The translations under genes were made by a program, and so were the position numbers. 64,000 bases of DNA from an uncultured Gemmatimonadales bacterium (GTDB taxonomy: Bacteria > Gemmatimonadota > Gemmatimonadetes > Gemmatimonadales > GWC2-71-9), in NCBI GenBank assembly GCA_963798915.1, contig CAWCVB010000005.1:377291-441290 (forward strand), read 5' to 3'. Below, piece by piece: positions 44,474 through 52,749 of this stretch; position 1 is the first letter of the stretch, and every line of letters starts with the position of its first letter. The notes beneath the pieces are model-generated. The model was not told the origin of the DNA. It saw only the letters and a list, made by a program, of their open reading frames with translations, and did not search any database.

Positions 44474-45410
44474 ACGCGCACCGGCGGGTCCGGAACGTCC
44501 CTCGCTCCGCGATGTCCAGGCCCTGAACCGCGTATTCTCCGAGGCCTTCACCGACCGATACCTTCGCGACGGCATTACCGGCGTGCGGGTGCCCTACCTC
44601 AATCCGCTGGTCTGGCGCTACGCCATCGAGGATGCTGGGGATGGCGCCATGGTCTGGCGCGATGCCGATGGCCAGATCGCGGCGTTCAACATGGTCCATC
44701 TCAGCGGGGTCGAGGGATGGATGGGCCCGTTGGCGGTCCGCCCCGACCTGCAGGGGCGCGGCGTCGGTACCACGATGGTTCGTGAAGGGGTCGAGTGGCT
44801 GCGGCGGGAGGGCGCCGAGGTCATCGGGCTGGAGACCATGCCGCGCACCGTGGAGAACATCGGTTTCTACAGCCGGCTCGGGCTCGTGCCAGGACCGCTG
44901 ACTATCACGCTGGTTCGGGACGTGACCACGCGGGGCGACCCGGGAGAGGAATTGGGTGAAGGGGCGGATGCCACGCGGCAGATGGAAGAGTGCCGGATGC
45001 TGACTGATCGGCTCCAGCCGGGCGTGGACTATTCGCGCGAACTGCAGATCACGCGAGAGCTGTCGCTGGGCAATGCCTCCCTGGTGCGCCGTCACGGGGA
45101 ACTGGCCGCCTTCGCGCTCTGGCATGCGGCGCCACTGGCGGCCGGGCGACCCCGGGACGAATTGCGGGTGTTGAAGCTGGTCGCGGTCGACGTGCCGGCA
45201 ATGGAATCGCTGTGCGAGCGCCTCGAAGCCGTGGCGGTCCGCCAGCAGGTGCGGCGGGTCGCGATCCGATGCCAGACGCACTACCGCGCAAGCTATCGGG
45301 CGCTCATTGAGCGAAGCTACCGGGTCCATTGGACGGACCTGCGCATGACCCTGCACGATGCTCCCGAATCCCCTGGGAAGGGCATCGTGATGTCCAACTG
45401 GGAGATCTAG
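44439..45410 (+). CDS. GNAT family N-acetyltransferase
   Basis: GPLAVRPDLQGRGVG (AcCoA motif A), NIGFYSRLG; second degenerate GNAT-like half; start uncertain. Confidence 0.85.
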   Translation: MTKRREPRLRRERAPAGPERPSLRDVQALNRVFSEAFTDRYLRDGITGVRVPYLNPLVWRYAIEDAGDGAMVWRDADGQIAAFNMVHLSGVEGWMGPLAVRPDLQGRGVGTTMVREGVEWLRREGAEVIGLETMPRTVENIGFYSRLGLVPGPLTITLVRDVTTRGDPGEELGEGADATRQMEECRMLTDRLQPGVDYSRELQITRELSLGNASLVRRHGELAAFALWHAAPLAAGRPRDELRVLKLVAVDVPAMESLCERLEAVAVRQQVRRVAIRCQTHYRASYRALIERSYRVHWTDLRMTLHDAPESPGKGIVMSNWEI

Positions 45411-45426
45411 CGCGCCAGTCGTGCCG

Positions 45427-45573
45427 CTACCGCCAGCGTCCGACTCCGTAGACCACCAGGATGGCGGCCACCGCCAGCAGCAGGTGGATGGCCGGTACGC
45501 CCACTGGCATGATCCATCCGAACACGATCCACGCGACGGTCGCGAGACCGGCACCGAGCAGAACGAGATTCAC
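45427..45573 (-). CDS. Small membrane protein, 48 aa (lmo0937/DUF5670-like)
   Basis: Not in ORF track; GAGGAG RBS, MNLVLLGAGLATVAWIVFGWIMPVGVPAIHLLLAVAAILVVYGVGRWR*. Confidence 0.7.
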   Translation of the reverse strand: MNLVLLGAGLATVAWIVFGWIMPVGVPAIHLLLAVAAILVVYGVGRWR

Positions 45574-45588
45574 GCACGCTCCTCATGG

Positions 45589-45617
45589 TTGACGGTTGCC
45601 GTACCGACTCCTAGTTT
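45589..45617 (+). promoter_or_regulatory. Sigma70 promoter of probable 6S RNA
   Basis: TTGACG(45589-45594)-N17-TAGTTT(45612-45617). Confidence 0.65.
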
Positions 45618-45623
45618 AGGCGC

Positions 45624-45788
45624 GGGTGGCGGTGGCGGGGAACCCGTTACTGAGCCGATAAGTCCGATCCGGTCCTCACATACCGCGGCCGATGCCATGC
45701 CCGATGCGGGAAGGCAGGAGCCGGGGCGAGGGGACCAAGCGTAACTGATTGGGCTTCAGTAGACCTCTTCGTCATCGACCACCATTCT
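45624..45788 (+). ncRNA. ssrS: Probable 6S RNA
   Basis: About 165-nt rod: GGTGGCGGTGGCGGGGA/TCTTCGTCATCGACCACC, TACTGAGCCGAT/ATTGGGCTTCAGTA, central ~11x11 bubble, GGTCCTC/GAGGGGACC; many G-U pairs fix the + strand; CTGAGCCGATA matches the segment I recall before the bubble in E. coli 6S. Confidence 0.75.
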
Positions 45789-45817
45789 CGAATCGCCGGC
45801 CACATGCCGGCGATTCG
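45789..45817 (+). terminator. Strong hairpin after the 6S-like RNA (no U-tract)
   Basis: Perfect 12-bp stem CGAATCGCCGGC-CACAT-GCCGGCGATTCG. Confidence 0.6.
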
Positions 45818-45884
45818 TGCGTTGAGGCGCTTGACTCGCCTCTCGGGCCGGGCATCTTCCAACTGGCTCTTGACAGGACAACGC

Positions 45885-46298
45885 ATGCCCCGATGTGCCG
45901 TCACCCGGCGGTCCCATTTCAATGCGGCACACCGCCTGCACAATTCCGGCCGCTCCGATGAGTGGAACCGGGAGACGTATGGCTTGTGTAACAATCCGCA
46001 CTTCCACGGCCACAACTACGAACTCGATGTCACGGTGGCCGGTACAGTCGACCCCGAGACAGGCGAGGTCATGGACCTGGCGCGGCTGCGGGACGTCGTG
46101 GAACGCGAGGTGCTCGCCATCGTCGACCATCGCAACCTGAATCTGGAGGTCGAGTGGTTCCGCGACCTGATTCCGACCGCGGAGAACATTGCCGTCTGCA
46201 TCTGGCGGGCGTTGCGGGCGGCGTTGCCGGTAGAGCTCGAGCTGAGTCTCCGTTTGTGGGAAACCCCTCGGAATTACGTGGAATATGCCGGTGACTGA
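45885..46298 (+). CDS. 6-pyruvoyl-tetrahydropterin synthase family protein (PTPS/QueD)
   Basis: [36 protein letters not shown]. Confidence 0.92.
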   Translation: MPRCAVTRRSHFNAAHRLHNSGRSDEWNRETYGLCNNPHFHGHNYELDVTVAGTVDPETGEVMDLARLRDVVEREVLAIVDHRNLNLEVEWFRDLIPTAENIAVCIWRALRAALPVELELSLRLWETPRNYVEYAGD

Positions 46299-46857
46299 AT
46301 CATTTGCGGACAATGTCCGCCAGATCCTCCTCGCCCTGGGCGAAGACCCCGACCGCGACGGACTTCGCCGCACCCCCGAGCGGGTTGAGGCCTCGTTACG
46401 GTGGCTCACCCGCGGGTATGCCATGACCGTCGAGCAGGCCGTTGGCGGCGCGCTCTTCGAGGAGTCCCACCAGAGCATGATCCTGGTGCGCGACATCGAA
46501 GTCTATTCGCTCTGCGAACATCACCTGCTTCCGTTCCATGGCCGGGCCCATGTCGCCTACATCCCGGACGGGCGAATCGTCGGCCTCTCCAAGCTTCCGC
46601 GGATCGTGGAGGTCTTTGCACGACGGCTTCAGGTCCAGGAGCGGCTGACCGATCAGATTGCCGACGCGATCATGGACGTCCTGAACCCGGCTGGGGTGGG
46701 CGTGGTGATCGATGCCGCGCACTTCTGCATGATGATGCGCGGCATCGAGAAGCAGAATTCCAGAACCGTGACGAGCGCCTTGCGTGGTGCATTCCGCGAC
46801 GACCCCAAGACCCGGGACGAATTTCTGCGCCTGGCCCATGCCCGGTCCATGGACTGA
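46285..46857 (+). CDS. folE: GTP cyclohydrolase I
   Basis: [34 protein letters not shown]. Confidence 0.97.
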   Translation: MPVTESFADNVRQILLALGEDPDRDGLRRTPERVEASLRWLTRGYAMTVEQAVGGALFEESHQSMILVRDIEVYSLCEHHLLPFHGRAHVAYIPDGRIVGLSKLPRIVEVFARRLQVQERLTDQIADAIMDVLNPAGVGVVIDAAHFCMMMRGIEKQNSRTVTSALRGAFRDDPKTRDEFLRLAHARSMD

Positions 46858-46859
46858 GC

Positions 46860-48434
46860 ATGCACTTGCGCTCCCTGCTCCTGATCGTCACGATCGCATC
46901 ACCGCTCGCCGCCCAGGCTCCCCGGGCGCTGCCGGCCCTGCCCGACTCGTCGGGCTGGGGTGTCCATGTCCTTGCGGCGCGGCAGGACCGGGCGGGCGGC
47001 GTCTGGGTGGGTACGTATGGCGACGGCATTTATTATCTCGGGCCGGATGCCAGGAGCTGGCAGCATATCGTTGCCGATACCACTCCCCAGTCGATCTCGT
47101 GGGACTTTGTCCACGCATTCGGTTTCGGCCCAGCAGGCGAAGTATGGTACGGAACCGTTGGAAACGGCTGGGGCGTCTCGTTGGACTCGGGCCGCACCTG
47201 GCGGAACTGGACCTTCGATGAACTTGGCCCGGAATGGCAGTATGTCGCACCCGATGGCATCGTCACTCAGGGGGATACCACCATCGTGGCCACGGCGGAC
47301 GGCCTGCTGGTCACGACGGACGATGGCGATCATTGGACAGCCATAGTCGATAGCACCGGGCCCGCTGCCACCGGGCCCGCCGACACAGCCCTGGTGCTGC
47401 TCGCCAACGAGTACGTCCTCGGCCTGGCGCGCGCCAGCCGCGGACGCGTGGTGTTCACCACGTTGCGAGGCGGCTATGCGTTGTCGGCCAGTGACGGGGC
47501 CTGGCGGGTGGAGCCGGCAACCGTTACGCCACCAAATGAACCCGACCTCGTCTTTCTCCGGCGGCGGAGCTACACCCGCTCAACGTGTGGCCTGCACCTG
47601 GTCGGCACGCGCTGGTCCTGTACACCTGCCGCGGCGGCGCGCGCACCGCGTGCGCAGCCACCGATGGCGCCGAAGACGACCTGGTTCGGCCGGCCGATCG
47701 CGCCGGCCGACAACCCGCTGATCGACCAGACGTATCGGTACGGGTCAACGATGGGCGGCAATTTTCAGCAGCACCAGGGCGTCGAGTTCAACAACCCCGA
47801 TGGCACACCGGTTCATGCGATCGGAAGCGGTGCGGTGGTCTATGCCGGCCCGGCCGAGCGCGGTGCGCTCACGGTCGCCATCCGGATGGATTCGGTCCTG
47901 CAGACGCCGGAGGGAACCCAAACGCTCTTCTCCGTCTACTACCACAATTCAGCCCTGAAAGTCAGGGTCGGCGAGCGGGTAGCGCGTGGAGATGTCATTT
48001 CGCTCGTGGGCCACACCGGACGGGCCACCAACGATCATCTTCACCTTGAAGTGCATGCGGCCACCAATGATTCGGTGCCGCTCATCGTTGATTCCCTGGA
48101 GCGCTTTCCCCGGTTCACCACCAATCCGGAACTCTGGATAGTTCCCGTCGACGGCACCGGTATCGTGGCTGGCCAGGTCTGGGACTCCGCGGGCAATGCC
48201 GTGCCCGGTGCGCGCATCTACGGGTTGCGGAAGTCGGAGCCGCGCGAGACACCGTTCTCGTATGTCGAAACGTATCGCGACAAGACGCATCCCCATCCGC
48301 TCTACCACGAGCACTTCGCGATCGGGGGGGTGCCGCCGGGGAATTACCAGCTTGGCACCGAAGTGGACGGCCGGAAGGTGTGGCGCCGGGTCCGCGTCGA
48401 GCCGGGCCGAGTGACCTGGGTCGAGTTTCGCTAG
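46860..48434 (+). CDS. Secreted M23 peptidase with N-terminal beta-propeller and C-terminal carboxypeptidase-regulatory-like domain
   Basis: Signal peptide; Asp-box repeats SLDSGRTW and TTDDGDHW; HQGVE, YYHN, GHTGRATNDHLHLEV; GIVAGQVWDSAG. Confidence 0.82.
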   Translation: MHLRSLLLIVTIASPLAAQAPRALPALPDSSGWGVHVLAARQDRAGGVWVGTYGDGIYYLGPDARSWQHIVADTTPQSISWDFVHAFGFGPAGEVWYGTVGNGWGVSLDSGRTWRNWTFDELGPEWQYVAPDGIVTQGDTTIVATADGLLVTTDDGDHWTAIVDSTGPAATGPADTALVLLANEYVLGLARASRGRVVFTTLRGGYALSASDGAWRVEPATVTPPNEPDLVFLRRRSYTRSTCGLHLVGTRWSCTPAAAARAPRAQPPMAPKTTWFGRPIAPADNPLIDQTYRYGSTMGGNFQQHQGVEFNNPDGTPVHAIGSGAVVYAGPAERGALTVAIRMDSVLQTPEGTQTLFSVYYHNSALKVRVGERVARGDVISLVGHTGRATNDHLHLEVHAATNDSVPLIVDSLERFPRFTTNPELWIVPVDGTGIVAGQVWDSAGNAVPGARIYGLRKSEPRETPFSYVETYRDKTHPHPLYHEHFAIGGVPPGNYQLGTEVDGRKVWRRVRVEPGRVTWVEFR

Positions 48435-48444
48435 CGGTGCCACC

Positions 48445-49038
48445 GTGTTCATCGAGCTGACCGACCACCTGCGCTGCCCCGCAGACCACGATGAACACTT
48501 TCTTGTGCTCATTCCCGACGCCATGAACGGGCGAGATGTGGTCCGGGGTTCGCTCGGCTGTCCTGTATGCCAGCGTACCTATCCCATCGATCAAGGTGTA
48601 GCCTCGTTCGGCTCCGCCGGCCCTGAAACAGCGCCGACGCAACTTGATCCCGACGCACAGGCCGCCCTCGCCGGTCTCGGCGGCCCCGGTGGGTACGTCG
48701 TCCTTCTGGGCGGGGCCGCCCAGCATGCTGACCAGTTTGCGGAGCACCTTCCGAACGTCGCGCTGGTGCTGATGAATGCGCCCGCTGCGTCGCCCGCCGT
48801 GACCCTCGGCAGCAGGCTGGTCGGTCCCCGGCTTCCGCTCAAGAGTGGCTCCATGCGAGCGGCGCTCCTGGGTCCGGACTATGGGGACGATCCCGCGTGG
48901 GTCGCCGAGGCCGCGCGGGTCGTGCTGCCCGGGAACCGGGTGGTCGGGGAGGGCTCGCCGCCAAGCTTGCCAGCACTCGAATTGGCCGCCAGCGCGGCCG
49001 GCTGCTGGGTGGCAACCAAGGTCAACAGGAGGAGCTGA
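48445..49038 (+). CDS. Hypothetical protein, Trm112-like N-terminal domain plus degenerate methyltransferase-like region
   Basis: LTDHLRCP..GSLGCPVCQRTYPIDQGVA; RLPLKSGSM..EAARVVLPGNRVV. Confidence 0.7.
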   Translation: MFIELTDHLRCPADHDEHFLVLIPDAMNGRDVVRGSLGCPVCQRTYPIDQGVASFGSAGPETAPTQLDPDAQAALAGLGGPGGYVVLLGGAAQHADQFAEHLPNVALVLMNAPAASPAVTLGSRLVGPRLPLKSGSMRAALLGPDYGDDPAWVAEAARVVLPGNRVVGEGSPPSLPALELAASAAGCWVATKVNRRS

Positions 49039-49067
49039 TCCGGTCCCTCTCCCGAGGGCGTTGAGGC

Positions 49068-50885
49068 TCAGTCGTGCGGGTGCTCGCGCTCCGCTTCGAG
49101 ATAGAGCGCATCGATTTCGCTGGCGAACCGTTTTTCGACGATGCGCCGGCGGACCTTGAGCGTCGGCGTCAGGTCGCCGGCCTCGATGCTGAAATCCTCA
49201 GGCAGCAGCAGGATGCGCTTGGGCATCTCGAAGTGCGCACGGTCCCGGAGCACGCGCTTGAGCTCTCGATCCATCTTGGCCTCCACCTCAGGGTCGGCAA
49301 GGAGGGCGCGCCAATCCGGCTGGTCGATGCCGTGCTGCCGCGCCCATGCCTCGAGCTGACCCTGGTTCGGCACGATCAGCATGATGGGGAACTTGCGGCG
49401 GTCGCCGAGCATCACGGCATTGGCGACAAACTTGCTGGTCTTGGCCTGATTCTCGATCGGTTGCGGCGCGATGTTCTTTCCGCCCGCCGTGACGATAATG
49501 TCCTTCTTCCGGTCGGTGATCCGCAGAAAGCCCTCGGCATCGAGCATGCCGATGTCGCCGGTGTGAAACCACCCACGCGCATCAATGACCGCGCTGGTCT
49601 CCTCCGGCTTCCGGAAGTAGCCCTTCATGACGTGCGGTCCGCGAGTGAGGATCTCCCCGTCAGGCGCAATCTCCACTTTCACATTGTCGAGCGGCCGGCC
49701 GACGGTGCCGAGCTTCAGGGCATTGGTTCCATTGACCGCAATGACCGGCGACGTCTCGGTGAGGCCGTAGCCTTCGAGCACAGGCAGTCCGGCCGCATAG
49801 AAGAACTTGGCGATATCGGCACCTAACGGCGCGCCACCCGAGACGAAGAAGCGAATGCGGCCACCTACGCGCGCGCGCAGCTTGGCGAACACCAGTTTTG
49901 AGGCCAGTCGGTACCGCAATGCGAGCCAACCCGGCACCCTGCGCTGCGCCAGGGTGTATTCGGCCCAGGTCTCGCCCAGTCGCTTTGCCCAGAAGAACAA
50001 CTGCTTCCTGATGCTAGACCCCGCGAGCGCTGCCTCCAGGACGCGGGCATACACCTTTTCATATAACCGCGGATGCGACAGCACGACGGTCGGGTGGACT
50101 TCGGCCATTTCCGCCGCGACACTGTCCATGCTGGTCGCGTAGCTGATGATGGCACCTGACTGCATCATGCAGAAGTGCCCGGCCATCCGCTCGAAGATGT
50201 GCGACAGCGGCAGGAAGGAAAGGCATTCGTCCGTGTCCCGCAGGGGCAGGCGAGCGAGCCCACCGGCAACGTTCGATGCGATATTGCCGTGGGTGAGCAT
50301 CACGCCTTTGGGCGGACCGGTGGTGCCGGAGGTGTAGATCAGCGTGGCAACATCGTCCGGGTCGGCCCGGAGCGCGGCCGCGCGCCATTCGGCATGGCGC
50401 GCGGTATCCCTGCGCCCAGCGTGCTGCACTTCTCCAATGGAGAGCGCCCCGTCGCCGGCCGCGTCGGCATCCATGGCGATGACGTAACGCAGGGCGGGGA
50501 GTTCGGCCCTGATCTCCTCCACCTTGGCGCGTTGCGCCGCGGTCGACACGAAGATTGCAACCACTTCCGCGTCCTTCAGCTGATATTGCACTTGCGACGG
50601 CGGCAGGGTTGGATAGATGGGAACGTCGGGGCAGCGGCCGGTCAGGCAGGCGTAGTCGGCAATGGCCCACTCGGGCCGGTTCTCGGCGAGGATGGCCACG
50701 CGATCGCCCTCCTGCACGCCGATGGCTCGCAGGCCCACGCTGAGGCAGCGCACCTGGTCCAGCAGATCGGCGTAGCTGAGCGTCTGCCAGCTGCCCTCGC
50801 GCTTGACGCGCATGACAACTGGACGCTGCTGCCAGCGCTCAACGGCGCCGAAGAACAGCTCGTTCAGCGTGCGCGGCGTGCTCAT
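49068..50885 (-). CDS. Long-chain fatty acid-CoA ligase
   Basis: YTSGTTGPPKG, EGYGLTETSP, WFHTGDIG, DRKKD, LTPTLKVRR. Confidence 0.95.
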   Translation of the reverse strand: MSTPRTLNELFFGAVERWQQRPVVMRVKREGSWQTLSYADLLDQVRCLSVGLRAIGVQEGDRVAILAENRPEWAIADYACLTGRCPDVPIYPTLPPSQVQYQLKDAEVVAIFVSTAAQRAKVEEIRAELPALRYVIAMDADAAGDGALSIGEVQHAGRRDTARHAEWRAAALRADPDDVATLIYTSGTTGPPKGVMLTHGNIASNVAGGLARLPLRDTDECLSFLPLSHIFERMAGHFCMMQSGAIISYATSMDSVAAEMAEVHPTVVLSHPRLYEKVYARVLEAALAGSSIRKQLFFWAKRLGETWAEYTLAQRRVPGWLALRYRLASKLVFAKLRARVGGRIRFFVSGGAPLGADIAKFFYAAGLPVLEGYGLTETSPVIAVNGTNALKLGTVGRPLDNVKVEIAPDGEILTRGPHVMKGYFRKPEETSAVIDARGWFHTGDIGMLDAEGFLRITDRKKDIIVTAGGKNIAPQPIENQAKTSKFVANAVMLGDRRKFPIMLIVPNQGQLEAWARQHGIDQPDWRALLADPEVEAKMDRELKRVLRDRAHFEMPKRILLLPEDFSIEAGDLTPTLKVRRRIVEKRFASEIDALYLEAEREHPHD

Positions 50886-50897
50886 GGGAGCAATGCC

Positions 50898-51608
50898 TTA
50901 CTGAAAGAGTAAGAGAAACACCTGGCCTGATCCGGCGACCGCCCCTCCACTGCGATGGCGTCCTTCAATCGTCACCCGAACGGTATCGGGCGTCGTGACT
51001 CCGGCCACTCGATTGACGGTGACGTCGGGAGTCGCCATCCCGCTGGCGTCGCTGAAGACCGTGTCCACCAGCACGCCGCCGGAGAGCTCCACCGTCCTGG
51101 CCGCAGGATCGGCGAATGTGGGACTGGTAATCGAGAAGATAAGCATTGCGCCGGACGCGGGCACAAACCCGCTGGCTGCGGTATCGCTGGCGGACAGCAC
51201 CATGGCCGCAAGCGGGGCAGAAGCCGTACTCGCCGGGTCCACGGTCAGCGTCTCGGGCGGGACCGCGATGCTGTCGGCCGCCGCCAGCACGGTCAGGGTG
51301 ATTGGTTGGCTCACCAGCGAGGTCTCGGACGCCTGGATTCGTCCGGTCTGTCCAGCGATGAGTCCGGTCACCCTGCCGGTGAGACTGTCGACCGCCACCG
51401 TGGTATCGGCGGTTCGCCAGATGATGGTGGCCGCGACGCTGTCACCCTGCTGGTCCAGCGCCCGTGCCGAGAGCTGGATGGTGTCGCCCACCTCCACGGT
51501 GGCTGGCTCCGGTCGCAACACTTCCAATGACACAACACCGCCCTCGTCGGCGGTGATGTTGCTGCAGGCGGCCAGCAGGAGGAGGCCGGACCATGTGAGC
51601 CGTCTCAC
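50898..51608 (-). CDS. Lipoprotein with Ig-like (Big_2) domain
   Basis: Lipobox LAAC; TVEVGDTIQLSA..WRTADTTVAV..GRVTG. Confidence 0.75.
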   Translation of the reverse strand: MRRLTWSGLLLLAACSNITADEGGVVSLEVLRPEPATVEVGDTIQLSARALDQQGDSVAATIIWRTADTTVAVDSLTGRVTGLIAGQTGRIQASETSLVSQPITLTVLAAADSIAVPPETLTVDPASTASAPLAAMVLSASDTAASGFVPASGAMLIFSITSPTFADPAARTVELSGGVLVDTVFSDASGMATPDVTVNRVAGVTTPDTVRVTIEGRHRSGGAVAGSGQVFLLLFQ

Positions 51609-52048
51609 GTTGACTCCGGCGCCGGGGCGCCATCGAGTTCGCGCAGCGCCGTCTCGGCATGACGGACCCAGCGTTCGGCGTCGGGTCCGCGCGGTGGCCG
51701 GGACAGGAAGCTGCGCAGGTGGGCTGCGGCCTCCTCGCGCTCGCTGCGCTTGAGGAGCAGAAATGCCAATCCGTAATGCGCGCCGCTCAGGGAATCATCC
51801 AGCTCGAGCGCCCGGCGATAATGCCGGATGGCCTCCTCGGGCTGATCCACTTTGGTGCAGATGATGGCCATGTTGAGCAGGATCCGCGCATCGGCTGGAT
51901 TGTCACGATAGGCAAGCCGATACGAAGTCAGGGCGGCTTCATAGTCGCCTTGGCGTTCGAGCGCCAGGCCTTCGTTCAGATAGTCGAGGCGCTGGGGCTT
52001 CAGCGTGTCGCCGGTGTCCCGGCCGAGAAATCGTCGCCACAAGCTCAT
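51605..52048 (-). CDS. Tetratricopeptide repeat protein
   Basis: GDYEAALTSYRLA, EEAIRHYRRALEL..AHYGLA. Confidence 0.85.
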   Translation of the reverse strand: MSLWRRFLGRDTGDTLKPQRLDYLNEGLALERQGDYEAALTSYRLAYRDNPADARILLNMAIICTKVDQPEEAIRHYRRALELDDSLSGAHYGLAFLLLKRSEREEAAAHLRSFLSRPPRGPDAERWVRHAETALRELDGAPAPEST

Positions 52049-52152
52049 GTTGCCGGTGCGGGCCCCGCGGAAGGTGATGATGCTGCATGAGATACGTCGT
52101 GTCGTCCGAAGATAGTCCGCGCCCCCGAGGGCCGCAACGCAAGCGGGCCCCG

Positions 52153-52181
52153 TTGCCGGCGCACCGGGGCGGGCCTACCTT
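52153..52181 (+). promoter_or_regulatory. Promoter for a leaderless PRTase transcript
   Basis: TTGCCG(52153-52158)-N17-TACCTT(52176-52181)-N6-ATG. Confidence 0.55.
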
Positions 52182-52187
52182 CGGGCC

Positions 52188-52694
52188 ATGATGACGCGCG
52201 CGCAGTCCGGGCCACGCGGTGTCCTGGAGATCGATTGGACGCTCTTTGGCGAGCTTTGCCGCGCGCTGGCGCTCAAGGTCGCTCACGCGTACCGGCCTGA
52301 GGTCGTACTTGGCATTGCCAAGGCGGGCGTGATCCCAGGCGCCGTCGTCGCCTCCATTCTGCAGACCGAATTCGCCTCGATGGTGGCGACACGTTCCACG
52401 CAGGACGCGGAACCGGTGCTGGTGGCCGGCCCGCCGGCGTCGGTCCGAGGCCGGCGAGTACTCGTGGTTGACGAGACCTGTGACAGCGGCAGCACACTCA
52501 AGCTCGCGTTGAACGAGGTCCGCAAGCACGAACCCCTCGATGTCCGGACGGCGGTGTCCATTCGAACCGGGCCGTACCAGCCGGATTTCCACGCCTTCGA
52601 GACCGAAAAGCTGATCATCCTTCCGTGGGACCGCGAGGTGGTCGCCGATGGCGAACTGGTCGTCCGCCCCGACTACGCCAACTGGCTGGCCTGA
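52188..52694 (+). CDS. Type I phosphoribosyltransferase (Gpt/Hpt-like)
   Basis: GIAKAG, VLVVDETCDSGSTL, IILPWD. Confidence 0.88.
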   Translation: MMTRAQSGPRGVLEIDWTLFGELCRALALKVAHAYRPEVVLGIAKAGVIPGAVVASILQTEFASMVATRSTQDAEPVLVAGPPASVRGRRVLVVDETCDSGSTLKLALNEVRKHEPLDVRTAVSIRTGPYQPDFHAFETEKLIILPWDREVVADGELVVRPDYANWLA

Positions 52695-52749
52695 CAACCT
52701 TTCGGACCGTCGGCCGATCTCACTGTGGTACCCTTTCACTGGAGCACCG

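Noticed and set aside
45624..45884. PreQ1, THF or ZTP riboswitch, SRP RNA, or self-cleaving ribozyme upstream of PTPS
   Set aside because: None of their conserved cores is recognisable; a rod with central bubble fits 6S RNA better.
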